Below, piece by piece: positions 32,938 to 43,939 of a stretch of DNA of 64,000 nucleotides; positions within the stretch are counted from its first letter, which is position 1; each line of letters starts with the position of its first letter. This DNA comes from an uncultured Gemmatimonadales bacterium (GTDB lineage: Bacteria; Gemmatimonadota; Gemmatimonadetes; Gemmatimonadales; GWC2-71-9). The stretch is taken from assembly GCA_963739455.1 (NCBI GenBank), contig CAVUAK010000002.1, positions 256,001 through 320,000 of the forward strand, read 5' to 3'. Below the pieces are notes generated by a model, which was given only the letters and a program-made list of their open reading frames with translations, was not told where the DNA came from and did no database searches. The position numbers and the translations under genes are program-made.

Positions 32938-33680
32938 CAGACCGGGACGCGACCGAAGCGGCGATCGCGCCGTTGAAAGTCGAGGATCGCCTCGAAGAAA
33001 TGCTGGCGGGTAAAGTCGGGCCACAGGACCGACGACACATGGAACTCGGCGTACGCGAGCTGCCAGAGGAGGAAATTCGAGATGCGCTGCTCGCCGGAGG
33101 TGCGGATGAGGAGGTCGGGATCCGGCCATTCGGCGGTGTACAGGCGGCGCGCGAGCGCCTCCTCGTCAACCTGGTCGGCGACGATCCGGCCCGCAACGGC
33201 ATCCTGGGCCAGGATACGCGCCGCGCGCGTGATCTCGGCCCGCGACCCGTATGACACGCAGATGTTGAGGGCGAGCGCGTCGCCACCGGCGGTGGTCGCC
33301 ACGATCCGGTCCACCGCCTCGCGCGCCGACGGCACCAGCCGGTCGAGTTCACCGAGGAACCGGACGGCTACGCGCCGAGCCCGAAGGTCGGACATTTCCT
33401 TCTCGATGTACTCCTCGAGCAGGCTCATCAGTGCGGCGATCTCGTCGGCCGGGCGCTGCCAGTTCTCCTGGCTGAAGGCGAACAGCGTCAGCACCTCGAC
33501 GCCGGTGGCCAGGCATGCCTCGACCGCCTCACGCACCGCCGCCATGCCCGCCGCATGCCCCAGTGGGCGCGGCAGCGACCGGCCCTGCGCCCATCGCCCA
33601 TTGCCGTCCATGATGATGGCGACATGTGCCGGGATCGCCCCGTTCAGGCGAATGCGCTGCAGGAGCGCGTCATCGCTCAC
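32937..33680 (-). CDS. uppS: Undecaprenyl diphosphate synthase
   Basis: HVAIIMDGNGRWA, FSQENW, DLLIRTSGEQRISNFLLWQ, RRFG. Confidence 0.96.
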   Translation of the reverse strand: MSDDALLQRIRLNGAIPAHVAIIMDGNGRWAQGRSLPRPLGHAAGMAAVREAVEACLATGVEVLTLFAFSQENWQRPADEIAALMSLLEEYIEKEMSDLRARRVAVRFLGELDRLVPSAREAVDRIVATTAGGDALALNICVSYGSRAEITRAARILAQDAVAGRIVADQVDEEALARRLYTAEWPDPDLLIRTSGEQRISNFLLWQLAYAEFHVSSVLWPDFTRQHFFEAILDFQRRDRRFGRVPV

Positions 33681-33681
33681 G

Positions 33682-34236
33682 TCACACTTCCATGATCTCC
33701 GCTTCCTTCGACTTGATGATCTCGTCGATCTGGCGGATGTGCTCATCGGTGAGCTTCTGGACGTCCTTCTCGGCCCGCGTCTTGTCGTCTTCCGAGATGT
33801 GCTCGAGCTTCTTGATCTTCGTCAGCGTGTCCGTGCGGCCATGCCGCACCGCGACGCGTCCTTCCTCGGCCAGCTTGTGGACGATCTTCACCAGGTCCCG
33901 CCGGCGCTCCTCCGAGAGCGGCGGCAGCGGGATGCGGATCAGGTTGCCCTGCGTCGAGGGGTTCAGGCCAAGGTCACCATCGCGAATCGCCTTGTCGATG
34001 GCCTGCGTGAGGCCCTTGTCGAAGGGCTGCACCGTGAGCAGTCGCGGCTCGGGCGCGGCGACCATGGCCACCTGGTTGAGCGGCACCTGCGACCCATAGG
34101 CATCCACCCGGACCAGGTCGAGCAGGCTGGTGCTGGCCTTGCCGCTGCGGATGGTGCTCAACTCGCGGCGCGTGGCGTCGACCGCCTTCGCCATGAGTTC
34201 GCGCCCGTGCTTGGTGATTTCGGGAATGGTCTTCAT
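33682..34236 (-). CDS. frr: Ribosome recycling factor
   Basis: [28 protein letters not shown]. Confidence 0.96.
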   Translation of the reverse strand: MKTIPEITKHGRELMAKAVDATRRELSTIRSGKASTSLLDLVRVDAYGSQVPLNQVAMVAAPEPRLLTVQPFDKGLTQAIDKAIRDGDLGLNPSTQGNLIRIPLPPLSEERRRDLVKIVHKLAEEGRVAVRHGRTDTLTKIKKLEHISEDDKTRAEKDVQKLTDEHIRQIDEIIKSKEAEIMEV

Positions 34237-34943
34237 TGGACGATGGTTCCCTCGGTGTCTCCGCGGATTACGCGGGCCAGGGCGCCGGGCCGGTTGATGT
34301 TGAAGACGATGATCGGCAGCTGGTTTGCCTTGCACAAGCCGAAGGCATTGGCGTCCATGACCGCGTAATTCTTGACGATGGCTTCCTGGAACGTCAGCTG
34401 CGGGATGAACTCGGCCTTGCTGTCCTTCTTCGGGTCGGCGGTGTAGATGCCGTCCACATTGGTGCCCTTGAGCACCACCTCGGCCTCCATCTCCAGCGCC
34501 CGCAGCACGCCGGCGGTGTCAGTGGAGAAGAAGGGGTTGCCGGTGCCGGCGGCGAAGATCACGATGCGACCCTTTTCCAGGTGCCGCATGGCACGGCGGC
34601 GGATGTACGGCTCCGCCACCGATTCCATCCGGATCGCCGTCATGACCCGCGTCTGCATGCCGAACTGCTCGAGCACGCCCTGCAGCGCCAGCGCATTGAT
34701 GACCGTGCCCAGCATGCCCATGTAGTCGGCGGACACGCGGTCGAGTCCCTCACTGCTGGCGGTTGCACCGCGAATGATGTTGCCGCCGCCAATGACCAGC
34801 GACAGGCGGGCGCCGAGCGCATGCACCGAACGGATCTCCTCGGCGAGGTTCTCGAGGATCTGTGAGTCGAAGCCAAAGCCACGCTCCCCGGCGAGTGCCT
34901 CGCCGGAGAGCTTGAGCAGTGCGCTCTGGTACTTCAGCGCCAT
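34233..34943 (-). CDS. pyrH: UMP kinase
   Basis: [30 protein letters not shown]. Confidence 0.97.
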   Translation of the reverse strand: MALKYQSALLKLSGEALAGERGFGFDSQILENLAEEIRSVHALGARLSLVIGGGNIIRGATASSEGLDRVSADYMGMLGTVINALALQGVLEQFGMQTRVMTAIRMESVAEPYIRRRAMRHLEKGRIVIFAAGTGNPFFSTDTAGVLRALEMEAEVVLKGTNVDGIYTADPKKDSKAEFIPQLTFQEAIVKNYAVMDANAFGLCKANQLPIIVFNINRPGALARVIRGDTEGTIVQ

Positions 34944-35797
34944 CAGGCTTCGCCGACCTTGAACCGCGCGAACCGGACGACGCGCGCCCCGGACACCGCG
35001 GCCACCAGCTGGCCGACGTTCTTCGTCTCGTCCTTGATGAAGATCTGCTCGAGCAGGGCACGCTCGCTCGCGAACTTCTTGAGCTTCCCCTCGACGATCT
35101 TCGCCCGGATGTTCTCGGGCTTTCCCTCGGCCGCGACCTGCTCCTCGGCAATACGACGCTCGCGCTCGAGCAGCTCCGCATCGATGTCGGCAGCCGCCAC
35201 CGCGAGCGGATCGGCAGACGCGACATGCAGCGCCAGGTCCTTCGCGAGCGCGACGGCCGCCTCGCCCGTGGCGCCCTCGATTTCCACCAGCGTGCCGACC
35301 TGCTCGTTGTGATGCAGGTAGTGGCCGACGACACCGTTGGCCGGCGCGAACCGCGCGATCCGGCGCAGCTGCACCGCCTCGCCGGTCTTGGCACTGGTGG
35401 CCTTCACGACCTCGTCCACCGTCGACCCGGCGTACGGCGTCTTGAGGAAAGCGCCATCAGCGCCCACCTCGGTGACGCCCGTCGGGCGCCGACTTGGCGA
35501 CCAGCGAGGTCAGGCCGTTGAGCACGGCGTGATACTCCTCGGTCCGCGCGACGAAGTCCGTCTCGCAGTCGAGCTCGATCATGCCGGCCGAGGTGCCGCC
35601 CAGGACCTCGATGCCAATGAGGCCCTGCGACGCGCTGCGGCCGGCCCGCTTCTCGGCCTTGGCGATGCCCTTGGCGCGCAGCAGCTCGCCGCCTTCGCCA
35701 TGTCGCCGCCCGCTTCCTCGAGGGCCTTCTTGCAGTCGCCGATGCCCGCCCCGGTCCGCGCACGGAGCTCGCTGATGTCCTTCGTCGAGATCGTCAT
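34943..35797 (-). CDS. tsf: Elongation factor Ts (frame breaks near 35690 and 35480)
   Basis: [49 protein letters not shown]. Confidence 0.94.
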
Positions 35798-35899
35798 TCC
35801 CGTCATTTTTCCAGTTCCCTGTTGTGTATGCGAAAGCCGCCGTTCCGCGCCCGCACGGGCCCGAAGCGGCGGCTCAAGTTCCGAAGCTACCGTCCTCGC

Positions 35900-36787
35900 T
35901 TACGCGCCCGTCGTCTCGCCGGCAACCGCCTCAGCCGTTTCCGGCGTGCCGTCGGTCTTCAGCCGTGCGGCAATGGCCTCCGGCTTCGGCCGGCGCTTGC
36001 GGCGCGGCCGGCGACGGCGACGCTCGGCGTCGGTGTCACCCTCACCACCGGTGTCGCTGCTGTACGTCTCGGCCTCGACATCCTCGCCCGACGTCGCGCG
36101 TCGGCGCGCTCGCACGGGCCTCGCGGATCTCGTCGCACAGCGCCTGCGTGATCAGGCCGACCGACCGGATCGCGTCGTCGTTGCCCGGCACCGGCACCGT
36201 GATGACATCGGGATCGGCGTTGGTGTCCACAATGGCCACCACCGGGATGCCGAGCTTGTTGGCCTCGCTGACCGCGATACGCTCCTTCTTCGCGTCGACC
36301 ACGAAGAGGGCGCCCGGGAGCCGGCTCATGTGCTTGATGCCCTCGAGGTTGCGCGACAGCTTCACGCGCTCACGCTCGAACAGCAGCTTTTCCTTCTTGG
36401 TGTAGTTCTCGAAGTCGCCGTCCGACGCGCCCTGCTCGAGTTCACGCAACCGGCGGATCTGCTTCTTGATCGTCGCGAAGTTGGTGAGCGTGCCGCCGAG
36501 CCAGCGCTCGGTGACGTAGAACGCGCCGCAGTTGGCGGCGTCCTCTGAAGGACACCCTTCAGCTGCTTCTTGGTGCAGACGAAGAGCACGTTCTCGCCCT
36601 TCTGCACCACGCCACGGAGGAGCTCCTGCGCCTTGGCGATCTGGCGGAGCGTCTTCTGCAGGTCGATGATGTAGATGCCGGAACGCTCGGCGAAGATGAA
36701 CCGGCGCATCTTCGGGTTCCAGCGGCGGGTCTGGTGCCCGAAATGGACACCGGCTTCGAGCAGGTCCTGGAGCTGAGGCTGCGACAT
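35900..36787 (-). CDS. rpsB: 30S ribosomal protein S2 (frame breaks near 36550 and 36100)
   Basis: [40 protein letters not shown]; charged C-terminal tail. Confidence 0.95.
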
Positions 36788-36810
36788 GCGGAGTGGTGCG
36801 TCCTTCCTTC

Positions 36811-36925
36811 GTTGGGGTTGATCGTCCATCGCGTTCATCGGCGGCTGGATCCCTCGCCCTGGCGACCTCGCGGGCCGCAACTCGAGCTCTGGACACCCCG
36901 GCCTGCCTCCAGCGATGTGCGTGAT
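36811..36925 (-). ncRNA. t44-like rpsB leader RNA
   Basis: The 5' UTR reads CACGCACAUCG...GGGGUG...GGACG..AACCCC, the order of conserved blocks I recall for t44/S2 leaders. Confidence 0.5.
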
Positions 36926-36980
36926 GCGCGGAAACCTTCCCGCGCGTCGGGCGGCCGAATAGTGGCCGCCCGAAAATCGA

Positions 36981-37386
36981 CTACCGCTTGCTGAACTGGA
37001 ACCGCTTGCGGGCACCAGCGCGGCCCGGCTTCTTGCGCTCGACGGCGCGCGGATCGCGCGTCATCAGGCCCGCGGCACGGAGCTTCGTGCGGTGCTGGCC
37101 GTCGGCCTCCACCAGCGCGCGCGCGATCGCGTGGCGCAGTGCACCGGCCTGGCCGGTCATGCCGCCGCCATTCACGATGCGCCCGCACGTCGAACGCGCC
37201 GAGCGTGTCCGTCGTGGTGAACGACTGCTGGATGTGCTGCACCAGCGAGGGCCGCGGGAAGTAGTCGCCCAGCGTGCGGCCGTTCACGTCCCACTTGCCG
37301 GTGCCCGGCGTGAGATAGACCCGGGCCACGCTCGTCTTGCGTCGGCCAACAGCCTGCCAGCGGAACTGATCGAGCGTGGCGCTCAT
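36981..37386 (-). CDS. rpsI: 30S ribosomal protein S9 (frame break near 37180)
   Basis: [20 protein letters not shown]...[13 protein letters not shown]...QFSKR. Confidence 0.95.
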
Positions 37387-37838
37387 GCGGTCGCCTTCTT
37401 GTACGCGGTAACGGTGAACGGCTTCGGCTGCTGCGCGACGTGCGGATGCTCGGCACCAGCGTAGACCTTGAGCTTGCCCCGCATGTGCTGCTTCGCCAGC
37501 GAGTTCTTCGGCAGCATGCCGAACACGGCCTTCTCGATGACGCGGTCCGGATGCGTGTCCATCATGTCACGCGCCACCGTGTGGCTCTCGTGACCCATGT
37601 ACCCGGTGTGCTTGAAGTACGTCTTCTGGGTCAGCTTGCGGCCGGTGAACTTCACCTTGGCCGCATTGAGCACGATGACGAAGTCGCCACCGTCCATGTG
37701 CGGCGTGAACGTCGGCTTGTGCTTGCCGCGAATCAGCTGCGCCACGACGCTGGCGAGTCGGCCGAGGGGAACGCCCGCGGCGTCAACCACATGCCAGTCG
37801 TGCGAGATGTCGCTTGGCGTGGCGGAAAAGGTCTTCAT
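37383..37838 (-). CDS. rplM: 50S ribosomal protein L13
   Basis: WHVVDA, LGRLAS, GKHKPTFTPH, GMLPKN, HPHVAQQP. Confidence 0.97.
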   Translation of the reverse strand: MKTFSATPSDISHDWHVVDAAGVPLGRLASVVAQLIRGKHKPTFTPHMDGGDFVIVLNAAKVKFTGRKLTQKTYFKHTGYMGHESHTVARDMMDTHPDRVIEKAVFGMLPKNSLAKQHMRGKLKVYAGAEHPHVAQQPKPFTVTAYKKATA

Positions 37839-37890
37839 TGTCCACTACTCTCGAGAGTCTGGTAATCGAGCCAAATCAAGACAGACTCAC

Positions 37891-37920
37891 AAGATACCTC
37901 GAAATCAGAGCTCGGGTCAA
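37891..37920 (-). promoter_or_regulatory. Putative sigma70 promoter of rplM-rpsI
   Basis: TTGACC-18 nt-TATCTT on the minus strand. Confidence 0.55.
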
Positions 37921-38430
37921 GCCCCGGGCACGGGGCCCAATTGGAGGAGGACCTGCCCCTTCTCGACCGCCTGACCCGGCTGGACCGGAATGGCCGTCAC
38001 TACCCCCGGCGCGGACGCCTTGATCTCGTTTTCCATCTTCATCGCCTCGAGCACCAGGACCCCCTGCCCCGGCGCCACCGGTCTGCCCCACCGTCGCCAG
38101 GATCCGGAGCACCAGGCCCGGCATCGGCGCCCGGATGACACCCCCCTGAGAGGGCGCTTCGGCCTGCCGGACCAGGCCCTGAATGTGGCGCGCCCGCTCA
38201 TCCAGCACCGTCGCGTCGGTCCGCTCCCCCCAGGCCGTCACCGACCAGCGCCCGGCTCCCAGGCGCTCGAGCGGCACCAGCAGGGCCCGGCCATCGATCG
38301 TGACCTGGCGCAGCGGAGTTCCCGGGATGGCCGACTGGCGCACTGCGACCGTCCGTCCGTCTACCGTGACCCGCTCACCGTCGATGACCACCTCGAGCTC
38401 CCGGCCGCCAATCGTCACGAAGTACTTCAT
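37917..38430 (-). CDS. Biotin carboxyl carrier protein (frame break near 38080)
   Basis: MKYFVTIGG..., APMPGLV, then LEAMKMENEI (biotinylated lysine) in the shifted frame. Confidence 0.9.
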
Positions 38431-39644
38431 GCGCGTTCCAGGACGGCGACGGTTTCGACGTGCGCCGTCTGGGGAAAGAGGTCGAAGGCCCTGGAGGTCG
38501 GTGAGCCGCCAGCCCTCGCCCAGGCCCCGGAGATCGCGCCCGAGCGTGGCCGGATCGCAGGAGACGTAGACGAGGCGACGCGCGGACGAGGCGCCGATCG
38601 CCTGCACGACGCGCGCATCCATGCCGGTCCGCGGCGGGTTGGTGATCACGAAATCGGGCGGTCGCATCGTGTCGATGACATTCTCCACCTTCGCGGCGTG
38701 CGCACGCAGGTCACCCCGTCGCCCCGCTCGACTCGGCGAGACGAACCGCCCTCGACGTCCGACTCGACGCTCTCGACTCGCGCGCCGCGCTCCAGCAGCA
38801 TCCGGCTGGTCTCGCCGATACCGGCGTAGAGGTCCCATCCTGCCTGATCGCGCACGTCCCCCAGCGCATTCACCGCCCACGCGCGAACGCGGTCGCCCAT
38901 CGACGGATTCACCTGCTCGAACACCGTCGCCGGAAAAGCCACGCTCTCGCCCACGACGCGGGCCGCACCCTCGGGTGGCTGCCACCAGACCGTGACATTG
39001 GGCAACCGCGCCCGCAACGTGTCCACCAGCCGCCTGGCGTCGGGCCAGGCGGGGTCACGCCACGCACCATGACGTGCCGGGCCCCACCGCGCTCGAGCCG
39101 GAGCGTCAGGGAGTCGAACCGGGCCGGGAGCAACCGGCGCAACAGGCGCACGACACTCCACAGCTCCTGCACCGACGGTTCCGTGATGTGACAGGTCTCG
39201 AGGTCGAAGATCTCGCCCGGCTGACCAAGTCGGTGGAAGCCGATGCGACGACCATCGGCGACTCTGGTGCAGCGTGATGCGCGCGCGATACCCCCAGTCG
39301 CTGGCCGCCGGTTCCAGCGACGGGTCCGCCACCTCGAGGCGACCGACCCGGCGCAGGGCATCGCCCACGATGGCGCGACGCGCCTGGCGCTGCGCTTCAG
39401 GCCCGAGATGCTGGAGCTGGCACCCGCCGCAGCGATCGCGCTCATAGTGCGGACAGCGCGGCGCCACGCGACCGGGTCCCGGCTCCACGATCCGGCCGAT
39501 GCGGGCCCGCGCGAAGGAGCGCTGCCGCGTCACCTGCGCGAGTTCAAGGAGGTCACCCGGCGCACTGCGCGGCACGAACACCGCCCGCCCATCCTGGAGG
39601 TGACCGATGCCGTCGCCACCGGCCGCGATCCGCTCGATGCGCAC
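38427..39644 (-). CDS. RlmD/TrmA-family RNA (uracil-5)-methyltransferase (several frame breaks; start approximate)
   Basis: TRAM-like start, CPHY..RCGGCQLQH Fe-S motif, FEQVN, DLYAGIG, NPPR, YVSCDPATL, DLFPQTAHVE. Confidence 0.85.
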
Positions 39645-39682
39645 CGACTCGACGGCGCCATCGTCCGGCGCCGCGCCGCGCG

Positions 39683-41178
39683 TCAGCGGACGCTGGTCGC
39701 GTCTGGCGGCGTCGAGCCATGCGCTGCGCTGCGTCGCGACGTCCGCCGCCGCCGGGGCCCGACTCTCGCGAGCCTCGTCCTCGGCCACGGCGATTGCGAC
39801 CGCGAGATCGGCGACGAGGTCACCATCCGCTGACGCCGCCAGCAGGTCCGGCCGGCGTTCCAGCAACTGAATGTCGAACTGGCCCTCGCGGAAGGCATCA
39901 TCGGCCATCAGGCGCCGATGGAACGACTGGTTCGTCGCCACACCGGCGATGAGCAGCTCATCGAGCGCGCGCCCCATGCGCGCGATCGCATCCGCCCGGT
40001 TCGGCGCCCACACAATCAGCTTGGCGAGAAGCGAGTCGTAGTAGAGCGTCACCTCGTTGCCGACCTCGACGCCCGAGTCCCAGCGAACCCCCGGTCCGCC
40101 GGGGACCCGGAGGGCCGTGATGCGGCCCGTCGACGGGAGAAATCCCGTCGCCGGATCCTCGCTCGTGATGCGGCACTCGATCGCCCAGCCGCGCGGATGC
40201 AGGTAGGTGCTCGGCACCGCCATCGGGAGACCCTGCGCAATGCGAAGCTGTTCCCGCACCAGGTCGACACCGAAGACCAGTTCGGTGACCGGATGCTCCA
40301 CCTGGATGCGCGTGTTCATCTCCAGGAAGTAGAACGAACCACCCGGGCGCGAGCAGGAATTCCACCGTGCCGGCACCGCGATATCCCACCGCCTCGGCGG
40401 CGGAGACGGCGGCCTGGCCCATCCACTCGCGCAGCTCCGAGGAGACCGCCACCGACGGCGCCTCCTCGACGAGCTTCTGGTGCCGACGCTGGATGGAGCA
40501 CTCGCGTTCACCGAGGTGCACCGTCCGGGCCTCGTCGGCCAGCACCTGGATCTCGATGTGCCGCGGCCGCTCGATGTACTTCTCGAGATAGACACGCGGA
40601 TCGCCGAACGCCTTCTCCGCCTCCGAGGCCGCAGTCTCCAGTGCCGCGCGCAACTCACCTGGTGCGCGCACCACGCGCATGCCGCGCCCACCGCCACCCG
40701 CCGAAGCCTTCACCATCAGCGGGAACCCGATTTCCTCGGCCACCAGCCGCGCGCTCTTGAGGTCGGCGACCGGGGTGACGGCTCCCGGCACCACCGGCAC
40801 GTTGGCGAGCTGCATCCGTCGGCGCGCCTCGGTCTTGTCGCCCATGGCGCGGATGGCGTCAGCCGGCGGCCCGATCCATGTCAGGCCGGCGCCGGTCACG
40901 GCATCGGCGAACGTCGCCCGCTCCGCGAGGAATCCGTACCCGGGATGGATCGCATCAGCGCCACTCGAAGCCGCCGCCTCGAGCAGGCGCGCCACATTGA
41001 GGTAGCTCTCGGATGCGGGCGAGGCGCCGATATGGATGGCGCGATCGGCCGCCTGCACATGAGGACTCGTGCGGTCGGCGTCCGAGTACACGGCGACGGC
41101 CTCGATGCCATCCTCGTGACAGGCGCGCACGATCCGCAGGGCGATCTCCCCGCGGTTCGCAACCAGGACTCTTTTCAC
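39683..41178 (-). CDS. accC: Biotin carboxylase (frame breaks near 40345 and 39695)
   Basis: VLVANRGEIA, HPGYGFLAE, KASAGGGGRG, CSIQRRHQK, EMNTRIQVEHPVTE, YDSLLAKLI. Confidence 0.9.
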
Positions 41179-41194
41179 GATGGCTTGGGCGTCG

Positions 41195-42166
41195 TCAGGG
41201 GCGACAGGCGGCCGGCGGGGAGTTTGCGAAGACGGGCTGGAGCACGGGGCACAGGAGCACGTTGTAGCGGGAAGCCCCGTCATAGACTTCGCGCACGTCG
41301 GCAACCCACGCGGATGCGTCGCCCTTGCTGGCCTCGAGTACGGCGGTAAAGGCGAGCGCATCGCCAGCCGGGGCGTCGTCGCGATTCACCCGCACGAGGC
41401 GGCTCGCGTGCCAGGGCATGTCGGGAATGGCCGCCGCGTCGGTGGCCGGGGCAATGCAGATCGGGCGCCGACTCGCAGCATCGGCAAGCGCGCTCCGCAG
41501 AGACAGCGCGGGATCGACCTGCAGCAGTTCCGCCGCGCGCTTGCGATACACCGCGTCGGAGACGTACAGGTCGGGACGAATCGGGACCACATCGGCGCGC
41601 TCGCGGGACGAAAGCGCTGCCTGCCATACCGCTACGGCTTCGATATCGCCCCCGGTAACCAGCACGCCACCGGAGGGACAGGAGCGGAGCAGGTTCTGCC
41701 CCAGTTCGGCGAGCTCAGGCGGAAGCTGCGTGTGTGACACACGCTGCCACTGGGCACGGGCGGTGGCCCATCCCAACACCTCGAAGACAACGAGCGCGCG
41801 GTCGATCTCCACCTCGGTGTGCAGCACGGAACTCGAGTCGGGCACCAGCCGCTCCGCCTGGTCGAATGCCGCCTGTGCAAAATCGAGCAGCAGCGCACCA
41901 TCAGGTTCACCCTGATGCCGAGCGTGCCATTCACTGATTTCGATGAGGTAGAGACGACCGAGTTGCAGCCAGGCATGACCATCGTCGGGCGCCACGGCGA
42001 GGTAGCGGCCCAGCATGTCGGTGGCCACGCTCCGCTCGCCCTGGCGTACCAACTCGGCCGCGCGTACTGGCATTCGCGGGTCGATGGCGCCTTGTGCCGC
42101 AAGCAGCGTAGGAACACCCGACAGGCAGAAACCGAGCAGGAGTCGGCTCGTTACAAGTCGAGGCAT
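41195..42166 (-). CDS. Hypothetical exported protein with TPR-like N-terminus
   Basis: Signal peptide; APDDGHAWLQLGRLY TPR-like repeat. Confidence 0.7.
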   Translation of the reverse strand: MPRLVTSRLLLGFCLSGVPTLLAAQGAIDPRMPVRAAELVRQGERSVATDMLGRYLAVAPDDGHAWLQLGRLYLIEISEWHARHQGEPDGALLLDFAQAAFDQAERLVPDSSSVLHTEVEIDRALVVFEVLGWATARAQWQRVSHTQLPPELAELGQNLLRSCPSGGVLVTGGDIEAVAVWQAALSSRERADVVPIRPDLYVSDAVYRKRAAELLQVDPALSLRSALADAASRRPICIAPATDAAAIPDMPWHASRLVRVNRDDAPAGDALAFTAVLEASKGDASAWVADVREVYDGASRYNVLLCPVLQPVFANSPPAACRP

Positions 42167-42234
42167 CGCTTGAAGATGGCCTCCGGACCGCCGGGGTGCA
42201 AGGCTCGGCGGTTACCGCCTCCGGCCGAGGGGCG

Positions 42235-43789
42235 CTAGAGGGGGATGTTTCCGTGCTTCCGGGACGGGTTCCGGTCCCGCTTTGTACGCAGGGTCTGGAG
42301 CGCCTCGATGAGGCGGGCGCGGGTCTCCCGGGGGTCGATCACGTCGTCCACGTAGCCCCGGGCAGCGGCAGCATAGGGGTGCGCAAACCGGGCCTGATAC
42401 TCCTCGCGTGAAGCGCGCCAGGGCGGCTGCGGGATCGGCCGCCTTGGCGATCTCGTCCCGGAAAAGGATCTCGACCGCGCCCTTGGCCCCCATCACCGCG
42501 ATCTCGGCAGTGGGCCAGGCGAGGTTCAGGTCGCCCCGGATGTGCTTCGAGCTCATCACGTCGTACGCACCGCCGTAGGCCTTCCGGGTGATGACCGTCA
42601 GCTTCGGCACCGTGGCTTCGCAGTAGGCATAGAGCAGCTTGGCACCGTGGCGGATGATGCCGCCATGCTCCTGTGCGACGCCGGGCAGGAACCCGGGCAC
42701 GTCCACGAAGGTGACGATCGGGATGTTGAAGCAGTCGCAGAAGCGGATGAAGCGCGCCGCCTTTGAGCTGGCGTTGATGTCGAGGACACCGGCGAGCACG
42801 GCCGGCTGGTTGGCGACGACGCCGACCGGACGCCCACCCAGCCGCGCGAAGCCGACGACGATGTTGTCGGCGAATCCCTTGTGCACCTCGAGGAAGTTTC
42901 CCTCGTCGGCGATGCGGTGAACCACGTCCAGCATGTCATACGGGCGCGTGGCACTGTCCGGGACGGCATCGAGCAGCGCCTCGTCGGCGCGGTCAGCCGG
43001 GTCGTCGGTGCCGCGCACCGGGGGATCATCGAGGTTGTTCGCCGGAAGGAAGCCGACGAGCTCGCGCACCGCACCCAGGCAGGCAGGCTCGGAGTCGAAG
43101 CTGAAGTGGGAGACACCGGACACGGTGCCATGGACGTCGGCACCGCCGAGGTCGTTGAAGGTCACGTCCTCGTGCGTCACCGTCTTCACGACGTTGGGCC
43201 CGGTGACGAACATGTAGCTCACGTCGCGCACCATGAACACGAAATCGGTGATGGCGGGACTGTACACGGCACCACCGGCGCAGGGCCCGAGGATGACGGA
43301 GATCTGTGGCACCACGCCCGATGCGAGCGTGTTGCGCAGGAAGATCTCGGCATAACCGCCGAGCGAGACGACGCCCTCCTGGATCCGCGCGCCGCCGGAA
43401 TCGTTCAGCCCGATGATCGGCGCGCCATTCCGCACCGCGAGGTCCATCACCTTGCAGATCTTCTCGGCGTGTGCCTCGGAGAGCGAGCCGCCAAAGACCG
43501 TGAAGTCCTGCGAGTAGACGTAGACGAGCCGCCCGTCGATGCGGCCCCACCCGGCCACGACACCGTCCCCGGGGTAGACCTGCTCCGCCAGACCGAAATC
43601 AGTCGACCGGTGGGTCACGAAGCGATCGAGTTCCGTGAAGGTGCCCGGATCAAGCAGCAGGTCGAGCCGCTCCCGCGCCGTGAGCTTGCCCTTCTTGTGC
43701 TGCTGCGCCACGCGCGCCGGCCCCCCGCCCTGCTCGGCGGCGGCGCGGCGATGGTGCAGGTCGTCGAGAAGGTCGCGAGGTGAGGGCAT
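42235..43789 (-). CDS. pccB: Acyl-CoA (propionyl/methylmalonyl-CoA) carboxylase beta subunit (frame break near 42405)
   Basis: [42 protein letters not shown]; the terminal RKHGNIPL is in the shifted frame. Confidence 0.9.
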
Positions 43790-43939
43790 TGGGGAGGGGA
43801 CGGGGGAAAGGTGAGTGCCGGAAGCGGAAGTTACTCCCCCCGGCGAGTTCCTCAAGACGCTCAAGGACTTCCCGCCTCGACCGAAGCCGACCAGTTTCAG
43901 CATCAGAAGCGCACCGCATCTGGCAACCCGGCATCGCAT

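Noticed and set aside
37876..38985. Apparent methyltransferase-BCCP fusion
   Set aside because: The methyltransferase tail (DLFPQTAHVE) is in another frame that ends in an ATGA overlap with the BCCP start.
38646..40697. Apparent biotin carboxylase-RNA methyltransferase fusion
   Set aside because: A one-base correction near 39695 gives WLDAARRDSVR-stop at 39683, so the fusion is most likely an indel artefact.
11898..43789. Pseudogenes or programmed frameshifting in core genes
   Set aside because: Too many essential genes are affected, I saw no shared slippery motif, and there is no other sign of decay.
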